The translations under genes and the position numbers were made by a program. From Pseudomonadota bacterium (GTDB taxonomy: Bacteria > Pseudomonadota > Gammaproteobacteria > Steroidobacterales > Steroidobacteraceae), in the NCBI GenBank assembly GCA_018240265.1, contig JAFEGC010000001.1, positions 1-39,918 on the forward strand: 39,918 bases of DNA, in the 5' to 3' direction. The notes beneath the pieces are model-generated. The model saw only the letters and a list, made by a program, of their open reading frames with translations, was not told the DNA's origin and searched no databases. The first letter of the stretch is position 1. Each line of letters opens with the position of its first letter. Shown here piece after piece: positions 35,865 to 39,918 of the stretch.

Positions 35865-37178
35865 ATGGTCGCCGCCCCCGCCTTCGTCCCGACCCCCGTC
35901 TCCATCAACCGATTGGCGTTGCTGGGCCTGGCGGCGGCCAGCATCGAGTGGTACGACTTCTTCCTCTATGGCGTCGGCGCGGCGCTGATTTTCCCCACGC
36001 TGTTCTTTCCTACGACACTCCCGCACAGCGTCGCGCTGCTCGCCTCATTCAGTACCTTTGCGGTGGGCTTCGTGGCGCGACCGGTGGGCGCGCTGGCCTT
36101 CGGTCACATCGGCGATCGCATCGGCCGCAAGAGCGCGCTGGCCGTGGCCATGGTGCTGATGGGCGCGGCCACCACGCTCATCGCCTGCCTGCCCTCCTAT
36201 GCTGCCATCGGCGTCGCCGCACCCATCGTCCTGGTGCTGCTGCGTTTCCTGCAAGGGCTGGCCATCGGCGGACAATGGGGCGGCGCTATGTTGCTGCTGG
36301 TGGAAAGTGCTCCGCAGGGACGGCGTGGTTTCTACGGGAGCGTGGCACAGGCAGGCGTCCCGGTGGGCGTGGTCAGCGCGAATCTCGCCTTCCTCGCGGT
36401 CAGCGCCTGCACCACGGCCGAAGAATTCGCCGCCTGGGGCTGGCGCATTCCCTTCGTGCTCAGCGTGGCGCTGGTGGGTCTGGGCATTTTCCTGCATCGG
36501 CGCATCGAAGACACGCCGGTGTACCGCGAGCTGCTGCGCCGGCGCGGGGATGCGCATCGACCGCGCGGCTCACCGGTGCTGCAGGCGCTGCGCGAACATC
36601 CGCGCGAGATATTCCAGGGCATCGGCGCGCATATCGCCGTCAACCTGTGTTTCTACATCTGCATCACCTATTCCATCGCCTACGGCACCGACGTCGCCGG
36701 GCTGCATTTACCGCGCACCCTGCTGCTGAGCGCGGTGATCATCGCCAGCGTGACGATGGCGCCGCTCCTGTTGATCGGTGGCGCGTTGTCGGACCGCTTC
36801 GGACGGCGGCGCATCTACATGCTGGGTGCGGTATTGACGGGCATCAGCGCGTTCTTCCTGTTCGCGCTCATCGACAAGGGCTCGCTCCCGTGGGTCGCGG
36901 CCGGCATCGCGGGCACGATGGGCGCCAGCTCCCTGATGTACGGCCCGCAGGCGGCGCTGTTCGGCGAGCTGTTCCGCACGCATGTGCGCTACTCGGGCGC
37001 TTCCGTGGCTTATCAGACGGCCGCCATTCTCGGCGGCGGCTTCGCGCCCATCGTCGCCACCGAACTCACCGCGCACTTCCATTCCACCTTTGCCGTCTCC
37101 TGCTACATGGCCCTCGCCTGCGTCATCGCCTTCATCGCGGTGGCCAGCATGCCTGAAACCTCATCATCGGAGCTTTGA
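35865..37178 (+). CDS. MFS transporter, metabolite:H+ symporter (MHS) family (second copy in window)
   Basis: ATG 35865 lies 4 nt after the amidase stop. SIEWYDFFLYGVGAALIFPTLFF and ARPVGALAFGHIGDRIGRK parallel the transporter at 24753-26021. Confidence 0.9.
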   Translation: MVAAPAFVPTPVSINRLALLGLAAASIEWYDFFLYGVGAALIFPTLFFPTTLPHSVALLASFSTFAVGFVARPVGALAFGHIGDRIGRKSALAVAMVLMGAATTLIACLPSYAAIGVAAPIVLVLLRFLQGLAIGGQWGGAMLLLVESAPQGRRGFYGSVAQAGVPVGVVSANLAFLAVSACTTAEEFAAWGWRIPFVLSVALVGLGIFLHRRIEDTPVYRELLRRRGDAHRPRGSPVLQALREHPREIFQGIGAHIAVNLCFYICITYSIAYGTDVAGLHLPRTLLLSAVIIASVTMAPLLLIGGALSDRFGRRRIYMLGAVLTGISAFFLFALIDKGSLPWVAAGIAGTMGASSLMYGPQAALFGELFRTHVRYSGASVAYQTAAILGGGFAPIVATELTAHFHSTFAVSCYMALACVIAFIAVASMPETSSSEL

Positions 37179-37222
37179 ATCCCTGACCAGCGTCAATGAG
37201 GGCGTGAGAGCCGCGGCATGAC

Positions 37223-38530
37223 TCAGGCAATCCGATTCATCATTTCTTTGACCACGGTGTGCCGAATGGTCCTGAGACAACGGGACTCCCCCGCCATGAT
37301 GGCCGACAATTCGGGGCGCGCCTTGCAAAGCTGCGCATTTTCAGCTTCAACCTCGGCGTAAAGCGTCTCGATCTCTTGCGCCATGCGCAGGCGCAAACTC
37401 TCCAGCATGCGCTCTGCCGTTGCTTTCGCCAGACTCAATGCGGCGCCGGCCTCCATCAGCAAGCCACGCGTGATGTCCGAGAAGTGGCGTACTCCCAGAA
37501 TCGGCCAGGCGAGTGGAGTCTGTATCGGCCAGCCTTTCCTGCCGTACGCGGGCGTGTCGTATGCGGCCACGCTCAACAGGTCATAGAACGGCGCCAGCTG
37601 CACACCCTCATGGGAGACGAGGAAACTGAGGTTTTTCAGATGAGCATCGCCGTTGCCGACCAGCACGTTGAAAACCAGCCAACCGAAGAGCCGGGCACGC
37701 GCCACCGCCGAGCTGCGACACGCGTTGCCCAGTGTCGCCAAGGTTTCAATATTGGCCTGGTTGTATTTGAAGCTGCGGTCCAAGCCCAGCAACTGGCAGG
37801 CGTCGATCACGTGCCTGCGCTGCCAGCCATGAGCGTCGCGCACGCGATCGAAGCGATCGATCAGGTACACCGGTGAGGGAACATAGCGCCGATGAACAGC
37901 GGGTACGTCGAGGCCCAGTCGCGCGGCCAGACGCATCACGAACCATTCATTGATCACGGAATGGGGATAGTCATCGTCCGGGTGATCAGGTTTCAGGATA
38001 TGGGTGGAGGGTGTCGCACCAGCTGGTTCAAACAGCGCGCCATCCTGTAGGACGACCGCGAGCTTGTGCTGGGCGCCGGCCAGCGACATACGCTTGATGG
38101 CGGCATGCGTCAGTGGAACCGCGGGCAGGCTGCTGATGCGCGTCTCCAGAACGTCATCCGGCAGCGAGCGCAACGGCTCCGTTGCTTGAAACCCGCGATC
38201 CGGTGGTAGCAGCGTCAGCGAACCCGCGGATTCCGCGCCGTACCAGGCCAGCAAGCCGAAGGCATCCGCCGCATCCAGCCCGGCGTCCCTCGCCAACAGG
38301 GTACGTTGCCCTTCCTCCGGAAGTAGATTATCGAAGTACCACTGCACGGGGCGGCGGCTTGCACCGTCCAGCAAGGGCGTTGTTGTCAGGGGAAGATGGG
38401 GACTGAGCGCAAAACGCTGAGGGTTTTCCAGCCAGGTTCCGGCATATTGAAAGCTCCAGAGGCCACTCGTTTCCTGCAGAGTGCCTATTTCCGTCTGATC
38501 GATTGACGCACGCAGTAAACGGTCGCTCAC
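37223..38530 (-). CDS. hipA: HipA-family serine/threonine kinase toxin (type II TA)
   Basis: 435 aa. The N-terminal coupling domain (VQWYFDNLLPEEGQR) and kinase core (LAGAQHKLAV, HILKP, GNGDAHLKNLSF) are classic HipA. The GTG start overlaps the hipB stop (GTGA). Confidence 0.93.
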   Translation of the reverse strand: MSDRLLRASIDQTEIGTLQETSGLWSFQYAGTWLENPQRFALSPHLPLTTTPLLDGASRRPVQWYFDNLLPEEGQRTLLARDAGLDAADAFGLLAWYGAESAGSLTLLPPDRGFQATEPLRSLPDDVLETRISSLPAVPLTHAAIKRMSLAGAQHKLAVVLQDGALFEPAGATPSTHILKPDHPDDDYPHSVINEWFVMRLAARLGLDVPAVHRRYVPSPVYLIDRFDRVRDAHGWQRRHVIDACQLLGLDRSFKYNQANIETLATLGNACRSSAVARARLFGWLVFNVLVGNGDAHLKNLSFLVSHEGVQLAPFYDLLSVAAYDTPAYGRKGWPIQTPLAWPILGVRHFSDITRGLLMEAGAALSLAKATAERMLESLRLRMAQEIETLYAEVEAENAQLCKARPELSAIMAGESRCLRTIRHTVVKEMMNRIA

Positions 38531-38793
38531 GATCTGCCCCGGTCGTCACGCCGTTCGTTCAACCAGGCGGCTACGTTGTCAGGCACGTCCACCACGATAC
38601 GGACGCCCAAGCCCTCGAGAACCTGGAACAGCTTTCCCCATTGCACCGACTCGTCGCCGCGTTCGATCTTGCCCAGGAAGTTCTCGCTCACGCCGATACT
38701 ACCTGCCGCATCGTCCTGCCGGATTTTCTGGGCCTTGCGGCTGGCGCGTACTACATTGCCGATGGCCGCTGCATGATCCAGGGGTATCTTCAT
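38527..38793 (-). CDS. hipB: HipB-like XRE-family HTH antitoxin
   Basis: 88 aa. HTH segment VRASRKAQKIRQDDAAGSIGVSENFLGKIERG. GAGGA SD upstream. The gene lies immediately upstream of, and overlapping, hipA. Confidence 0.9.
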   Translation of the reverse strand: MKIPLDHAAAIGNVVRASRKAQKIRQDDAAGSIGVSENFLGKIERGDESVQWGKLFQVLEGLGVRIVVDVPDNVAAWLNERRDDRGRS

Positions 38794-38796
38794 ATT

Positions 38797-38920
38797 AAAT
38801 CCTCACGGTTGTAAGGATTTTTGGTCACAGAAGAGCAAAATGCAAGGAAATCCTCTTGACTGTGTGGATTTTGGATAGACTCACGCCATTTAGCAGAAAT
38901 CCACATGATCATAAGGATTT
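38797..38920 (-). promoter_or_regulatory. hipBA promoter/operator region: three palindromes AAATCC-N12-GGATTT
   Basis: Read directly: op1 38797-38820, op2 38848-38871, op3 38897-38920, with starts 51 and 49 bp apart. A candidate -35 TTGCAT (38840-38845) and -10 AAAAAT (38817-38822) on the minus strand are separated by a 17-nt spacer. op1 covers the -10 and the SD. Confidence 0.6.
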
Positions 38921-39072
38921 TAACGTGAACGGTCCATGATCCAAACCGTACCTTGATAAGCGTCCAACTTATAATTCGCTGACACTCACGTGCACTTCTC
39001 ATAGGTCGGCTTTGAAACGATGATCTCCGAGTCCTCCACAGCTCCTGCATCCATCAATCGTCGGTGCGTTGA

Positions 39073-39918
39073 ATGAACAGCATTCGTCTCGGCTTGCTAC
39101 CCCTGCTGCTCGCCTGCTCAGGGATCGCCAGTGCGGCACAATCTGCGACACCAGCGTCGCCGCCGGCATCGGCAAGCACCCTGATCATCGGCCGCGCTCT
39201 GTCGCCCTCGCCTTTGGCTGAGGATCTGCGCCGTCTCACCGATGAAGTAGGCGGACGGATGACGGGCACGCCGGCCATGGCGCGCGCCATCGACTGGGCC
39301 TTGAACGCCTTCAAGGCGGCCGGCGTCGACGCGCATGCCGAAACCTACATGCTGCCGCTGACCTGGTCGGAGGGCGCAACACGCCTGGAAATAGTGGGTC
39401 CGGTAGCATTTCCGATCACGGTCGTGTCTGAAGGTTGGTCGGCGCCGACGCCGGCCGGTGGCATCGAGGCAGAACTCGTGCATGTGGGCGATGGGAGCGA
39501 GGCGGACTTTGCACGCCTCGGCGTGCGCATCCGCGGCGCCATCTTGCTGGCGGACATGCCGGTGATCCAGACCTGGGCGGACCTCACCGAGGAGTACGAC
39601 CGTGAACTGGCCATCAAGGAGCGCGGTGTACGCGCCGGCGCCAGTGCCATGCTCTGGATCGGCGCGCGCGACCGGCGTCTGATGTACCGTCACACCGACA
39701 CCGTGGACGGCGAGATCTCACCCCTGCCCATGGCGACGCTGGCGCGCGAGGACGGTTTGCGGCTGGCACGCCTGGCGCAAAACTCCGCCGCTCCCGTGCG
39801 CGTGCGTCTGAGCATGCCCAACAACGTCGGCGGTCCGGCGCCCGAGCGCAACGTCGTCGCCGAAGTCCGCGGCCGCGAGCACCCCGAAGAAGTGGTGGTG
39901 CTCGGCGCGCACTTGGAT
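39073..39918 (+). CDS. M28-family peptidase with PA domain, 5' partial (runs off window end)
   Basis: Not in the ORF track because there is no stop. I translated 39073-39918 by hand: 282 codons with no stop. MNSIRLGLLPLLLACSGIASAAQ (signal/lipobox) ... LTDEVGGRMTGTPAMARAIDWALNAFKAAGV ... ERNVVAEVRGREHPEEVVVLGAHLD is the typical M28 pattern up to the first metal-ligand region. An in-frame TGA immediately precedes the ATG. Confidence 0.8.
   Translation, partial: MNSIRLGLLPLLLACSGIASAAQSATPASPPASASTLIIGRALSPSPLAEDLRRLTDEVGGRMTGTPAMARAIDWALNAFKAAGVDAHAETYMLPLTWSEGATRLEIVGPVAFPITVVSEGWSAPTPAGGIEAELVHVGDGSEADFARLGVRIRGAILLADMPVIQTWADLTEEYDRELAIKERGVRAGASAMLWIGARDRRLMYRHTDTVDGEISPLPMATLAREDGLRLARLAQNSAAPVRVRLSMPNNVGGPAPERNVVAEVRGREHPEEVVVLGAHLD

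Noticed and set aside
38794-38930. A cluster of GGA motifs (AAGGAT, AAGGAA, TGGATT, TGGATA) that could suggest a CsrB/RsmZ-like sponge RNA for the CsrA paralog.
   Set aside because: The GGA triplets are the arms of the AAATCC/GGATTT palindromes, so they would be stem rather than loop if transcribed. Their position immediately upstream of hipB fits DNA operators much better.
38790-39050. 86-aa minus-strand ORF in the AT-rich region upstream of hipB.
   Set aside because: It lies across the hipBA operator/promoter array and overlaps the hipB start. It has no SD and no recognisable fold, so it is most likely non-coding.

Overview
GC-rich proteobacterial chromosomal segment with about 37 protein-coding genes. 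I recognised no rRNA, tRNA, CRISPR array, transposase or integrase.

Gene blocks, left to right:
1. ocd-arginase operon (124-2144).
2. Orphan DUF4382-type lipoprotein (2240-4195, minus).
3. Family III CoA-transferase (4438-5661).
4. An ~11 kb minus-strand, translationally coupled supra-operon (16732 down to 5635). In order it encodes an IorA/IorB-type 2-oxoacid:ferredoxin oxidoreductase, a bifunctional aryl-CoA monooxygenase/reductase (anthraniloyl-/salicylyl-CoA hydroxylase type), an SDR, an enoyl-CoA hydratase, an acyl-CoA dehydrogenase, RidA, an OYE flavoenzyme and, last, a CsrA-family protein with a long tail. A divergent MarR gene and a convergent cyclase-family (kynurenine-formamidase/isatin-hydrolase fold) gene sit next to it.
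5. Exported M19 dipeptidase (18305-19663).
6. A minus-strand string (28134 down to 19683): TPR-GGDEF sensor, MHS transporter, signal-peptide SAM methyltransferase, multidomain zinc-metalloprotease lipoprotein, small secreted protein and Rieske oxygenase.
7. An exported trio (28308-31545): beta-helix-repeat lipoprotein, PHP-domain CehA/McbA-like protein and DUF4404.
8. Housekeeping genes: rlmE, a COG2509 FAD protein and a TrmH-family methyltransferase.
9. Tat-signal acetamidase/formamidase plus a second MHS transporter.
10. A hipBA toxin-antitoxin module whose AT-rich promoter carries three AAATCC-N12-GGATTT palindromes.
11. A 5' partial M28 peptidase that runs off the window and is absent from the ORF track.

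Most interesting, all hypotheses:
- The aryl-CoA operon contains no aryl-CoA ligase. It is instead headed by a 2-oxoacid:ferredoxin oxidoreductase, which suggests ligase-independent entry from an arylglyoxylate such as isatinate.
- A CsrA paralog with a roughly 60-aa tail is the terminal gene of that catabolic operon.
- The protease / small secreted protein / Rieske oxygenase genes are translationally coupled.
- The exported beta-helix/PHP/DUF4404 trio has no assigned function.

Many long ORFs in the track are antisense or alternative-frame artefacts of the high GC content and were rejected.
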